64,000 nt of DNA, from positions 186,112-250,111 of the IMG/VR virus record IMGVR_UViG_3300037086_000360, one strand, 5' to 3'. The notes under the pieces are model-generated. The model was not told the DNA's origin. It worked only from the letters and a program-made list of their open reading frames with translations, and did not search any database. The translations under genes and the position numbers were made by a program. Shown piece after piece: positions 27,689-37,931 of this stretch (within the stretch, counting starts at the first letter, position 1; every line of letters starts with the position of its first letter).

Positions 27689-28576
27689 ATGAAGAGTTTG
27701 AAGCAACTGAATGAGAAGCTTCTTCAAAAGAGAGTCCTTTTGGAAGATGGTGATGCTCCTCCTAAGATTATTCAAGAGCTCTTGTTCAAAATCTCTTATG
27801 TAAATCCATTTATTTCAAATCTTCTCAGTAGTTCCCATACTGATTGGTATGAAGAACCTGGTATAGAAACTGCTGGAGTCACTGTCAGATTTGGCAAGAT
27901 CCATTTCTTCTACAATCCTGAATTTATAGCTTCACTGTCTGAACCAGAACTCGTTTTTTTGTTGTTGCATGAACTCTATCACATTTTTAAGCAACACACC
28001 ATCAGAGGAAAAATGGCTGGTGGTGATCCAGAAAAGGCCCACTTATTCAATGTTGCAGCCGACGCGATCATCAACGATGAAGTTGAAAAAGATGGTGGTC
28101 CAGGTGGAAGACCAATAAAAGTAATTGATCACGCTTGGTTCATCAAACCTCGTGGTACTTCTGGACAATATGGAAGTGTAGAAAAAGAATTTCAAAACGA
28201 TCCAAAAGATGACTATAAGGGACAGGAACTTACTGAAGAACTTTACAAATGGATGTTGGATCGAAAGAAAAACTATGCACCACCTCCACCTAAGCCTGGT
28301 AGTGGAAAGGGCAATCCTTATGTTCCAAAAGTTGGTGATGTGGTTTGGAACGAAAAAACTCAAGAATATGGAAAAGTATCTTCAATCGCTGGCAAGAAGA
28401 TTTCTGTAGAGACCATGACAGAAAAAGAAGCTGAAGCCGCATTGAAGGCCAAACAAGGAACGCAAACTTCTAGTCCTGTTGGACAAACAACTTCATTTTC
28501 TCAAAATCCTGCTCAACTGAGCCATCTTGAACAAGAAATGGCCAAAATGCAGCAATCAAAAGCTGGAAAGAAATAA
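27689..28576 (+). CDS. DUF2201 N-terminal metallopeptidase-like protein (system 1)
   Basis: TAGV...FFYNPEF...LLHELYH (HExxH)...NVAADAIIN; C-terminal KOW/SH3-like PKVGDVVW. Confidence 0.85.
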   Translation: MKSLKQLNEKLLQKRVLLEDGDAPPKIIQELLFKISYVNPFISNLLSSSHTDWYEEPGIETAGVTVRFGKIHFFYNPEFIASLSEPELVFLLLHELYHIFKQHTIRGKMAGGDPEKAHLFNVAADAIINDEVEKDGGPGGRPIKVIDHAWFIKPRGTSGQYGSVEKEFQNDPKDDYKGQELTEELYKWMLDRKKNYAPPPPKPGSGKGNPYVPKVGDVVWNEKTQEYGKVSSIAGKKISVETMTEKEAEAALKAKQGTQTSSPVGQTTSFSQNPAQLSHLEQEMAKMQQSKAGKK

Positions 28577-28577
28577 T

Positions 28578-30101
28578 ATGGGCCTAGAGTTTTTAGACCG
28601 TCTTTCAAAAGAAATTGTCGAACAAGTAAAGACAGCAACCTGGGATCAGCCCGATGTTCTTCCTGTTGGACTACCCCCACCATCTGGCGGTCAGCCTGGA
28701 AAACCAGGCGGTCAAAAAGGAAAAATAATAGGCAAGCAACCACCCCCTCCTCCAGGTGGAAAACCAGGACAACCTCAACCATCACAACCGCCTCAACCAG
28801 GTGGAAAACCACCAAAGGGCGGAGAACCTCAGGGTTCTCCATCTCCAGGAGATAAAAAGGGCGGAGAACTTACTAAGGGCAAAGATGCTATTGGAGATTT
28901 TGAGAATAAGGGAAAAGAAGGCAAGAAACCAGTTGCTGGAAAAGAGGGTGAGAGCACGAAGGGAAAAGAGAAGATGGAAACTGGTGAGGGAGAAGATGAG
29001 GGGAATAAAAAAGACTCTGATAAAAACAATGGAAAAGAGTGGATGGATGATCATTCCAAGTTGGCAGACAGTGATGGAAGTGCTAAGGGTTTGATTGAGA
29101 GAGCTTATAGAGAAGTCGAAGCAGATATGAAGAAAATAGAGGCTCGTTCTACTATGGCTGGAAAAGAATCTGGTGGTTTTTTTGCTCGTCTGAAAGAGTT
29201 CATGAAAGAAGAGTTTGACATCTCTCAAATCTTAGATAGACTTAGAGAGTATAAGATCGAAATCAACAAGCATATCAAAAAGAGAGAAACCTATCAAGCT
29301 GGAGTTTTTAATCCAGTAACTCATAGTGGAAGCATTCTCGCTCCAGGATCTCCTAAGCTCCCTATTTATGAGAAAAATGCTGCTATTTTGATTTTTGCTC
29401 TTGACACATCAGGATCTATCACCGCTGAAGATTGGTCTTCAGCACTTGGATATATGAACAGCATCGCTCGCCAATTTGAAGAACAAGAACATGGAATCAA
29501 GGGCAAAGTCTATTACATAAACTGGGACACTGAAGTCCATCCACCAATCAGAAAGTGGAACTATATGACTGAGTTGAAGCCTAAAAAAGAAATGACACCA
29601 GAAGAAAGAGAACAAATGGCAGTCATGGGAATGGGTGGAACCGACATTCAGTCTCTCTTTGATTTCCTTGATGAACACTTTGTCAGAGTGGTTGATGGAA
29701 AGCCATATTTCGTTTGGTCCGAGAAGATGGCACCGTTCATTTCAGATCCAAAAGAAAGATCGAAGGCGGCCAAAGAAAAAACTCTTCCGGACGATTCAGT
29801 TCAAGTAGAAATCGAACCACCAGATCCAAAGAACTATAAATATCGTGTTGGTGAGTATAAGAAGGAAATGTCGGATAAGGCAAAGCAGGGAAAACTTCAA
29901 TTGGATGTTGGCGGAGTTCAACCGGTTCCATATCTTCTTATCTATACTGATGGTTTCTTTGGAAAACCAGATGTAGCAAAAAGCAAACTCTTCGGCAGAG
30001 AGCCTGGAAACATTCTCTATATCATTACAAGCAGGGCTGGAATCGCCAACATCAATCCACCAAACTACGTGTATCACAACCTCCATAACGATAAACTCTA
30101 G
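28578..30101 (+). CDS. vWA-like protein with Pro/Gly/Lys-rich N-terminus (system 1)
   Basis: ALDTSGS, GMGGT, IYTDG; PPPPGGKPGQPQP low-complexity tract. Confidence 0.82.
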   Translation: MGLEFLDRLSKEIVEQVKTATWDQPDVLPVGLPPPSGGQPGKPGGQKGKIIGKQPPPPPGGKPGQPQPSQPPQPGGKPPKGGEPQGSPSPGDKKGGELTKGKDAIGDFENKGKEGKKPVAGKEGESTKGKEKMETGEGEDEGNKKDSDKNNGKEWMDDHSKLADSDGSAKGLIERAYREVEADMKKIEARSTMAGKESGGFFARLKEFMKEEFDISQILDRLREYKIEINKHIKKRETYQAGVFNPVTHSGSILAPGSPKLPIYEKNAAILIFALDTSGSITAEDWSSALGYMNSIARQFEEQEHGIKGKVYYINWDTEVHPPIRKWNYMTELKPKKEMTPEEREQMAVMGMGGTDIQSLFDFLDEHFVRVVDGKPYFVWSEKMAPFISDPKERSKAAKEKTLPDDSVQVEIEPPDPKNYKYRVGEYKKEMSDKAKQGKLQLDVGGVQPVPYLLIYTDGFFGKPDVAKSKLFGREPGNILYIITSRAGIANINPPNYVYHNLHNDKL

Positions 30102-31245
30102 GAGTTGGGATGGCTGAGAAGATCTATGCCCATGAATACATGCTTTTAGATCTCGCCCGCGCATCTCAGTGGCACTGGTCCCTTTTTAGCACACTTGCTA
30201 GTGGTTCTCTCACCGCAAAATCGTACATCTATAAATGCAGGGGTCTTCTTCAAATTCAAAGAGCATCGTCTGTCATGCATTTCCTGCATGGATCCGATAT
30301 TAATTCAAATGCAGCTGGTTTAAGACTTGAAGGATTCAAATTTCTTCTCAAACATTTTCCAAAGGATCCAGTGATTCAGAAAATGAAACTAGAATTGTTT
30401 GACTCCATCTTTGGTGATGGATCAACTTATCGAATGGTTCTCGCTCGAGCCAAGGGGTATGGTGGAAGAAACAAGAGTGTCTTTGACAGCTCTGAGTTTG
30501 ACCTAGCATAATTTTTAGTATGAGATGTCTCGAACCTGCATGTAAAACCCCAGCCAGAAAAGACAGCAACTATTGTGATCAACATCATCCCACCAGATGG
30601 GTTCGTAATAAAAGAACTGGTGAACTCACCAGACCTTGGCACAAGAAACAGTTGATTTTAGAGGTGATAGAGGGAAGAGGTATAATTGATTCATGATAGT
30701 AAAAGATGCTCTCAGGTCCTATAAGCACATTCAAGGACTCTTCACTCAGGATGTTGGAGTGAGACGCGAAGATCTTCCCAAGGAAATCAATGGCGTCAAA
30801 GTGGAAACACTCAATCCGGTGGAATTTCCTGATGAATCCCTTCAAACTCGGATTCAGATGGTGGCCAAGGAAACCGTTCACAGTCCGGTCCAGTTCGACA
30901 AGAACTTAGGAACTAAAATCAACATTCTCGTTCAGTAAGCATAGTTCTCTATATGGACAACACCCAAAAGCAGGCATTGCTGGCGAAGTACCACTTGATG
31001 TTCGATAGGCCTTCTATCGACGGGTTCTTGCTTTTTTCCATGGCACAAGCCAAGGAAGAAAATGGAAAGTTGAAAGTGTATTTGCCTCGAGCAAAAAAGC
31101 TTTTCATGGTGATGGTGAGATACTTTCCAACCGATAAGTTGAAGAAGTATTTTCCACGGTCTTGGAAAAACTCCAAGAGTAATCGATCCATCTTCCTCGA
31201 GAGATGTGAACAGTATTTTGAAGCCAAAACTATAAGGAGACGTCG

Positions 31246-31599
31246 TTGAAAGTTTTGATCTTCGAGGATGATGCTGAGAGGATAAAAACCTTTCAGAGAA
31301 TTCTCAAAAATCACGACCTTTACTTTTTCGACAAAGTAGATGAGGCCAAGAAAGCATTTGATCTTCTTGGCCCCTTTGATTTTATTTTCCTCGATCATGA
31401 TATGGACGGAAAAGTCTTTGTCCCATCAGAGGAAGAGAACACTGGCTATCAGCTCGCCAAACACATTGCTAAAATGGGAACGAAGGCAGAGATTGTTGTC
31501 CATAGTATGAACATGCCCGGAGTTGAGAAAATATTGGGCGTCTTGCCACAGGCAAAGAATGTCTCATTTCCTATTCTCATCCAACATCTCAAAGGATGA
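31246..31599 (+). CDS. Stand-alone receiver-like domain (cyclic-phosphate-processing type)
   Basis: IFEDDAERI...FLDHDM...TGY.LAK...VHSMN..G. Confidence 0.75.
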   Translation: MKVLIFEDDAERIKTFQRILKNHDLYFFDKVDEAKKAFDLLGPFDFIFLDHDMDGKVFVPSEEENTGYQLAKHIAKMGTKAEIVVHSMNMPGVEKILGVLPQAKNVSFPILIQHLKG

Positions 31600-33312
31600 A
31601 AATGGAACCCGATAAAAAGGCAAAAATACTTCTGGAATACGGAAGTATGATTGTATATCTCAGAGAAAAACTCATTGATGTTGGAATCGACGATTCAGAA
31701 GTTGAAGAACGCCTTACGACTTCTTTCTTTGATTTCATAGAACCAGAACAGGTGAGAGAGTCATACGATTCTGAAGAGCTTTCAGGTGATCCAGAAGAAG
31801 CCACCTATGAAACATGGCATGATGCCTGGGAAGATAACAGTGATCCTCTTTGTCATAGACTTGCTGAAGAATACTCTCTAATGGTTTTCGACAGTGATGG
31901 AGACATGGAAGATGAATTAGTAAAATACATCATGAAGGTGGCTGTTGGTATTTCTGTGGATGGTGGTCCAAATGAATGAAGATAACTCTACAAGACCTCA
32001 TCAATCACGCAAAATCCTCTGACATAAAATGGCTCTATGAGATCAAGACTGTAAGTTGGCTCAAGGGGCTTCTCAACAATAAACTTGACGAAGTCACAAT
32101 CAGATTTCTTTGGAACAGAAATGACATTCATTGGGACATCGTCAGATACCAAAAGATTCCTTCTGACATGGTAAAAGATTTATTTGAAGATTATATGGGC
32201 ATGAGAAAGAAGAAGGGTGTCAATGCTGCCACTTTCAAACAAGCTATAGTCAGTCAAAATATAACTCCAGAGATTGTCAAGCTGACCGAAGACGTCAATA
32301 ATTTTCCCAATGAAGCCTACTTCATGTTATGGAGTACTATTCCTGAAAAAATGGTTAAGATGGCCGACATCACAACTTTCATCAATAACATCAGTGATGT
32401 CACATATAAGGATTTTGGTTTCTATGTAAAGGAATCTCTCATAGCTCTTGTGAGAGAAGTTCCAGAGACCATGGTCACTGTGATGGAAAAGGTACTGGTT
32501 TCGAAAGATTTGTGTGAAGAAATCATTCCAACTCTTGGTAAGTTAGTGTTCTTCGATGATGAGACTATAGAACTCATTCGTCAAACAGTTGGAGTCATGA
32601 CGTTTTATACATTCATGGAGCATCTCATTAGCAGAGACCATTGTTCTGTGAGTGCAAAAGCAAAATATCTTCTGAGTAAATAGATGAGTGTATTGAAAGT
32701 TATTGGTGAAGCATTGGAAAATAGATGGTTTGAAGTTCCTGAAAAAGATGGAATAGTATATGTTCGTCTTTCTGTAATCAACGACTATCTTGGAAGAGAA
32801 AAAATCACCTATTTCAGTGTTGCGTTTGATAAAGATCATAAGTTGTTTATGCCTCTGTTTTATAGAGGTCATGATTTTGAATACTTCGCACAATTCAACG
32901 AAGTAGAAGATCAAGAGTTAGTTGTACAATTCACAGCCTTTGAAGCCAAATATTTACTTGGAGGAAAAGAATGACCACCGCTTTGGATCTAATATATGAA
33001 GCATTAAAAGACAAGTGGTTTGCTTCTAGGGCAGTTGATTTCTATTATGACATCTATCATGATCCAAAAAAAACTAAGATCTACCAAAGAGTTGAAATGG
33101 ATTCAGACAAGAGTCTTCGATGGGTCTTTATCGTTGTAAATAAAACTGGACTAAACTCAGAAGTCTCGTCTTCATATGAAGATTTTACTTCTGATGAAAC
33201 AGCCGATAAGCTTAGAGAAGTGAAAGATGACAGAATGATTAGAAAGCTTACAGCAATAGAAGCTCTTTATGCACTGAGTGAAGAAGATGAAGACGATGAT
33301 GACTGCGTGTAG
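31596..33312 (+). other. Run of four coupled hypothetical genes; 32684 and 32971 are paralogs
   Basis: Overlapping start/stop codons; shared EAL..(R/K)WF and TA.EA.Y.L motifs. Confidence 0.55.
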
Positions 33313-33363
33313 TCATTTTAGAGAGTATATTTTTTGTAGTACAATGATTATGGAGGAAGAACC

Positions 33364-33705
33364 ATGCGAATACTCGGTTCTGACAACGACGGAGTGACCG
33401 ACATCAGCCTAGAAGCTCTCGAAGCATTTCATGAAAAGGGCAAGGAGCTTGTGGCAGTTGGAATCCATAGCGATTCAACAAGTGAAGTAGTTTGTACTTT
33501 CTATTTCAAGAATGATGAGATCTATAACGCTTCTGGATTTTCCATCGGCTACAGTGGAACTGGACCTCATGGACTCTACAAAGCTATCAAGATGTGGGAC
33601 CCAAAAATTGGTCCTTTCGAAGACACCAAAATTTCTTCAATGGATACCAACAAGAGTTGGATGTGGTTTCCTATTGGTGGATTCAGAGAAGCCGAATTCA
33701 AGTAG
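33364..33705 (+). CDS. Conserved phage hypothetical protein
   Basis: SGFSIGYSGTGPHGL motif. Confidence 0.6.
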   Translation: MRILGSDNDGVTDISLEALEAFHEKGKELVAVGIHSDSTSEVVCTFYFKNDEIYNASGFSIGYSGTGPHGLYKAIKMWDPKIGPFEDTKISSMDTNKSWMWFPIGGFREAEFK

Positions 33706-33776
33706 GGAGAAAAGAACGTGCATACTTATTTGCATAGTCTTCCAAAACACATTGTTACATTAGGAAGGAGAGGTAA

Positions 33777-34883
33777 ATGCCGATTACGATCAAGGAACTA
33801 AAAGTCAATCTCAAGCTCGTCCTCAAAAAGGGAACGAAACAGCCTATCACCCCATATATTTGGGGAAAGCCGGGTATCGGAAAGTCGCAAGCTGTCAAGC
33901 AGATCGCCGATGAAATGGGAATTGGTTTCATCGACCTTCGTCTTTCACAGCTTGAATCTTCGGACCTTCGTGGTATCCCTGTTCCTGATATGGTGGCGGG
34001 TATCGCTCGTTGGCTTCCGCCCGAATTCATCCCCTTTCAGGGTGTAAAGGTTTACCAAAATACTTCCGGCATTCTCCTTCTCGACGAATTGAACCGTGCA
34101 AGAACCGACGTTCTTCAGGCCGCCTTCCAGCTTGTTCTCGACCGCCAGGTCGGTATGCACAAGCTCATGGATTCCTGGTACATCGTTGCCGCCGGCAACC
34201 TCGGTATGGAAGACAAGACTGACGTCAATGAGTTCGACTCTGCCCTCAAGAACAGGTTCATCCACTTCACAGTGGATGTCAATCTCGACACTTGGGTGAC
34301 ATGGGCCCAGAAGGCGAATGTTCATCCTGATGTCATCAACTATCTCCAGGGAAAGCCCAATCACCTTTTCTACACGGTGAAGGAAGATGACAATGTGTTC
34401 GTCACTCCTCGTTCTTGGGAAAAGTTTTCCGACATTCTCAAGCAGAATCCGGATGTCGATCCCAAGGAAATCACCCAGGCCATCGGTTCCGCAATCATCA
34501 ATGGTTGTGCCGGCCACTTCATCAAGTACCTCGAGTCCAAGGAGATCATCTCTCCGAAAGACATCATCGACAAATATGACGAGGTGAAAAACAAGATCAA
34601 AGCACTTCAGCGTGATCAGGTTTACCAGCTCAACACCGAGTTGGCTTCCTACATCGTGAAGAGTTTGAATAAGGACGCCAACAAACCTCGCAGGACCAAG
34701 GCCCTCGAGTCCGTCCATCAGTACTGTCATGATCACCTGGAGAAGGACATCTACATCGCGTTCCTCCAGTCTCTCACCAAGTCGTGCAATGGAGCTTCTC
34801 CGGTGAATGACTTCATGGACCTCTACCTGAAGAAATACATCGAGGATTCCAAACTGGTCATCAGCATCCTCAAGAAGAACTAA
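33777..34883 (+). CDS. MoxR-like AAA+ ATPase (system 2)
   Basis: WGKPGIGKS, IDLRLSQ, LLLDELNR, IVAAGN, ALKNRF, TPRSW. Confidence 0.93.
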   Translation: MPITIKELKVNLKLVLKKGTKQPITPYIWGKPGIGKSQAVKQIADEMGIGFIDLRLSQLESSDLRGIPVPDMVAGIARWLPPEFIPFQGVKVYQNTSGILLLDELNRARTDVLQAAFQLVLDRQVGMHKLMDSWYIVAAGNLGMEDKTDVNEFDSALKNRFIHFTVDVNLDTWVTWAQKANVHPDVINYLQGKPNHLFYTVKEDDNVFVTPRSWEKFSDILKQNPDVDPKEITQAIGSAIINGCAGHFIKYLESKEIISPKDIIDKYDEVKNKIKALQRDQVYQLNTELASYIVKSLNKDANKPRRTKALESVHQYCHDHLEKDIYIAFLQSLTKSCNGASPVNDFMDLYLKKYIEDSKLVISILKKN

Positions 34884-34892
34884 CCTCAAGCC

Positions 34893-34918
34893 GGGAGGGA
34901 GTTTAGAGACTCCCTCCC
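34893..34918 (+). terminator. Hairpin, probable terminator
   Basis: GGGAGGGAGT-TTAGAG-ACTCCCTCCC followed by TTGTTGT. Confidence 0.65.
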
Positions 34919-34946
34919 TTGTTGTATAATCTACATAGAGGTATTC

Positions 34947-35312
34947 ATGAAGCCGACAAAGAGATTTTCTCCAACCGATTTTTTCGAGACGTATATTGTT
35001 GGAGATTCTGCCGACCAAGCAAAAATACTTCTTCTTCTGACAGCGATGAATGAGGAAGAACTTGCAAAGTTTGCTACTAGGATTTCTTCTTATGTCGTCA
35101 AAAGCAAAGATATTGAAGAAACTGAACACGAGAAGTATTCTCTTGTTCTCCATCGATTTTGTGAGGATCTGAACGATTTTTACTTTAACAAGCTTTTGCG
35201 AGCGCTTATCCAAGCATGTCATTCGTCAAATCCTGTAAATCCATTTGTAGAGCATTATCTTAGCAAGTTTTCTGACGATGCAAAACGAGTTGTAATGACT
35301 CTCAAGGCATAG
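34947..35312 (+). CDS. Stand-alone paralog of the system-2 ATPase C-terminal helical domain
   Basis: SPTDFFETY vs SPKDIIDKY; SSYVVKS vs ASYIVKS; PVNPFVEHYLSKF vs PVNDFMDLYLKKY. Confidence 0.8.
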   Translation: MKPTKRFSPTDFFETYIVGDSADQAKILLLLTAMNEEELAKFATRISSYVVKSKDIEETEHEKYSLVLHRFCEDLNDFYFNKLLRALIQACHSSNPVNPFVEHYLSKFSDDAKRVVMTLKA

Positions 35313-35331
35313 TTGATATAAAGAGGAAATA

Positions 35332-37143
35332 ATGGCAGTCACCAAAGAACAAATCAAAGAAAACGCCAAGAAGATGATTTCAGTCATCGACAAGCTGACT
35401 AAGGTCAAGAGGGTCCGTCTCCCGGCTCGCGTTGAAGCAGTGTCGGTGAAGTGGGTTCGTGATGCTCCTTTCTTCTCGGAGTTCTTGATGAGGTTCAACT
35501 ACTTTGAGACTGAAGCAATTCCTACAATGGGAGTTAATTGCGTCAAGGGACGTATCAACCTCTATATCAACACTACGTTTATGAATGGTGGTGGTGAGTT
35601 CTACAAGTTTGACAAAGAAGGCAAACCCATTCTCAAGATGAAGGGTGGAAAACCACTTCTTGACGATCAGGGAAATGTCATCTACGAGATGGAGCCTTGG
35701 AAGGGTCTCAATGATGACCAGCTTGAGGCAGTTCTTCTTCACGAAATCATGCATCTCATTCGTTGTCACCATGAGAGGACGCTTGAAGACCCTTATGTTT
35801 TCAACGTCGCTGGGGACATGCTTATCAATGACGATTTGAAAACAATGCAGATCGGAAATCGTAAACCAACACTTCCTGACGGCGCCGTCTATCTCGACAT
35901 GGCAAAGAAGGAAGGGTATAAGGATGAGCCCATCACTGAAAAGGTGTATGTGTGGCTCATTGATCAGCGTCAGAAATACATGAATGCAATGCAGGACCTG
36001 ATGAAACAGCAGGGAAAGCAGAGCGGCCAAAAACAGCAGTGTTCTCATTGTGGTGGTTCAGGAAAAGTTGATCAGGAATGCTCTGAGTGCGGTGGAAAGG
36101 GAACTACGAAGCCGAAGTGCCCAACCTGTGGTGGAACTGGCCAGAAGCAACAAAACCAGGGAAATCAGAAGCAGGATGGAAAGGGAAAGGGCAAAGATCA
36201 GAAAGATAAGGGCGACGGAAACCAACAGGGAGAAGGCCAAGGTCAGGGTGATCAGAAACAGGATCAGCAGGGTAGTGGTCAGGGACAGGGAGATCAGGAA
36301 GGTGATGGACAGGGAAGCTCTTGCCCCGACTGCCATGGAACTGGAAAAGACCAGAGCGGACAGGAAGTTCCTTGTCCAAGCTGCGGTGGAGGCGGTCACG
36401 AAGAAGGAAAATGCCCTCACTGTGGCGGAAGCGGCAATCAACGCGGTTCCGACTTGTTTGATGCAATGTACGGTTCCAAGATCGATGACCACTCTTCAAT
36501 GGAACAGAATGATGAACTGACTGAGGCAACTATTAGGGAAATCATCGAAACTGGAAAGATCCGCGGATGGGGCAACATTAGCGGAGAAGCGGTCGAGAAA
36601 CTCGAAGAACTGACAAAACCATCCAAGATCTCTTGGAAGCAGATTCTCCGAAGGTATCTCACTGCGGCCATCCATGACGTTGGAAACATCTACGAAAACT
36701 CTTGGTCCAAGAGAAACAGAAGGCAGCTTCCACTTCCTGGAATCAAGAAGCTCAACAACCGTGTCATCATCGGAATTGATACGTCTGGATCCATTGGTAA
36801 GAAGGAATTTCAGATGTTCTTCACCGAAGTCGAGAGGATTGTCAAAGACACGTCCAACATCATTCTTCTCCAGTGGGATACGGAAATCAAAGATGTGAAA
36901 CTTGGCTACAAGAAGGGCGACTGGAAGAAAATCGCAATCAAGGGCAGAGGAGGCACGGACGTCCAGAAGACTTTCGACTGGATGGTCGAAGAGAAATACA
37001 CCACGTATCCACTCATCATGTTTACGGACGGTTATTTTGACCACAACTTCGACACTCGTGCTGTCAAGGTCGTATGGTGTGTCACCCAGAGCGAGAATAA
37101 GATCCCCGGGGGAGACAATATCTACATCGACATAGATGAATAG
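35332..37143 (+). CDS. DUF2201 metallopeptidase-vWA protein with inserted CxxCxGxG zinc-finger repeats (system 2)
   Basis: LLHEIMH, NVAGDMLIN, six CxxCxGxG repeats, IDTSGS, GRGGT, MFTDG. Confidence 0.9.
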   Translation: MAVTKEQIKENAKKMISVIDKLTKVKRVRLPARVEAVSVKWVRDAPFFSEFLMRFNYFETEAIPTMGVNCVKGRINLYINTTFMNGGGEFYKFDKEGKPILKMKGGKPLLDDQGNVIYEMEPWKGLNDDQLEAVLLHEIMHLIRCHHERTLEDPYVFNVAGDMLINDDLKTMQIGNRKPTLPDGAVYLDMAKKEGYKDEPITEKVYVWLIDQRQKYMNAMQDLMKQQGKQSGQKQQCSHCGGSGKVDQECSECGGKGTTKPKCPTCGGTGQKQQNQGNQKQDGKGKGKDQKDKGDGNQQGEGQGQGDQKQDQQGSGQGQGDQEGDGQGSSCPDCHGTGKDQSGQEVPCPSCGGGGHEEGKCPHCGGSGNQRGSDLFDAMYGSKIDDHSSMEQNDELTEATIREIIETGKIRGWGNISGEAVEKLEELTKPSKISWKQILRRYLTAAIHDVGNIYENSWSKRNRRQLPLPGIKKLNNRVIIGIDTSGSIGKKEFQMFFTEVERIVKDTSNIILLQWDTEIKDVKLGYKKGDWKKIAIKGRGGTDVQKTFDWMVEEKYTTYPLIMFTDGYFDHNFDTRAVKVVWCVTQSENKIPGGDNIYIDIDE

Positions 37144-37187
37144 AAGTTAGACTGCGTTGAAAGATAAGGGTATAGGAGAATGAACTC

Positions 37188-37715
37188 ATGTCATTCAATT
37201 CCGAATACTTCGACTCTTTCAATGCAGCCAAAAAAGACTTAGTCTTAACTGGAAATCACGCCAATGGTGATGATGTTTTAGTCATTATAGCTAATGGCAT
37301 CATGGATACTTACAACTCACCAGACGCCTGTAAAGCAATCTTACAAACCGTTACATCAGATACAGGAAAAAACATTGTTCTTGATCTTGAACAGTTGACT
37401 TATGTCTCTTCTACAGGAGTTGGTACATTGGTAGAAATTTTGAAGACATCAACTATTCTTGACAAGAGCCTTTTTCTTTTAAACATGAACACTAAAGTGA
37501 AGGAAGTCATGGATCTTCTTGGATTTTTGCAGATGTTCTTGGTAGTTTCAACTATAGAAGAGGTAAAAACTATTGGAAAATCCTCAATTTTTCCAATGAA
37601 TATCAAGTGTCTCTCCTGTTCAGCCAAGTTGAGAATTCCAAAGGCCGGAAGATTCAAATGCTCTCAGTGTAAAAAAGTTATAGAAGCAAATAAGGATGGA
37701 AAACTGACAATATGA
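37188..37715 (+). CDS. STAS anti-sigma-factor antagonist with C-terminal Zn ribbon
   Basis: VLDLEQLTYVSSTGVG (phospho-Ser motif), V.EVMDLLGF, CLSC...AGRFKCSQC. Confidence 0.88.
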   Translation: MSFNSEYFDSFNAAKKDLVLTGNHANGDDVLVIIANGIMDTYNSPDACKAILQTVTSDTGKNIVLDLEQLTYVSSTGVGTLVEILKTSTILDKSLFLLNMNTKVKEVMDLLGFLQMFLVVSTIEEVKTIGKSSIFPMNIKCLSCSAKLRIPKAGRFKCSQCKKVIEANKDGKLTI

Positions 37716-37931
37716 AAATAGAAGATTTTTTCGATAATCTGAATGTGGTTTTTGGTGACAGTGAGGGCGAGTTTGCAGATGTTGTTTCAAACGTCTATAG
37801 AGATGAAGATGGTAAAATAACTGAGATTCGTGTTTTCAATAGGGAATACGATGAGTTTCTAGTTATTGAGAGAGATGGAACATCTTATGCGATTAGCGTA
37901 CCTGGTGAAAAAGATTTAGCCAAAAAATAAT

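Noticed and set aside
33945-35222. 425-aa minus-strand ORF, and likewise 62829..63935
   Set aside because: Antisense shadows of the AAA ATPase and tape measure genes, with no motifs of their own.
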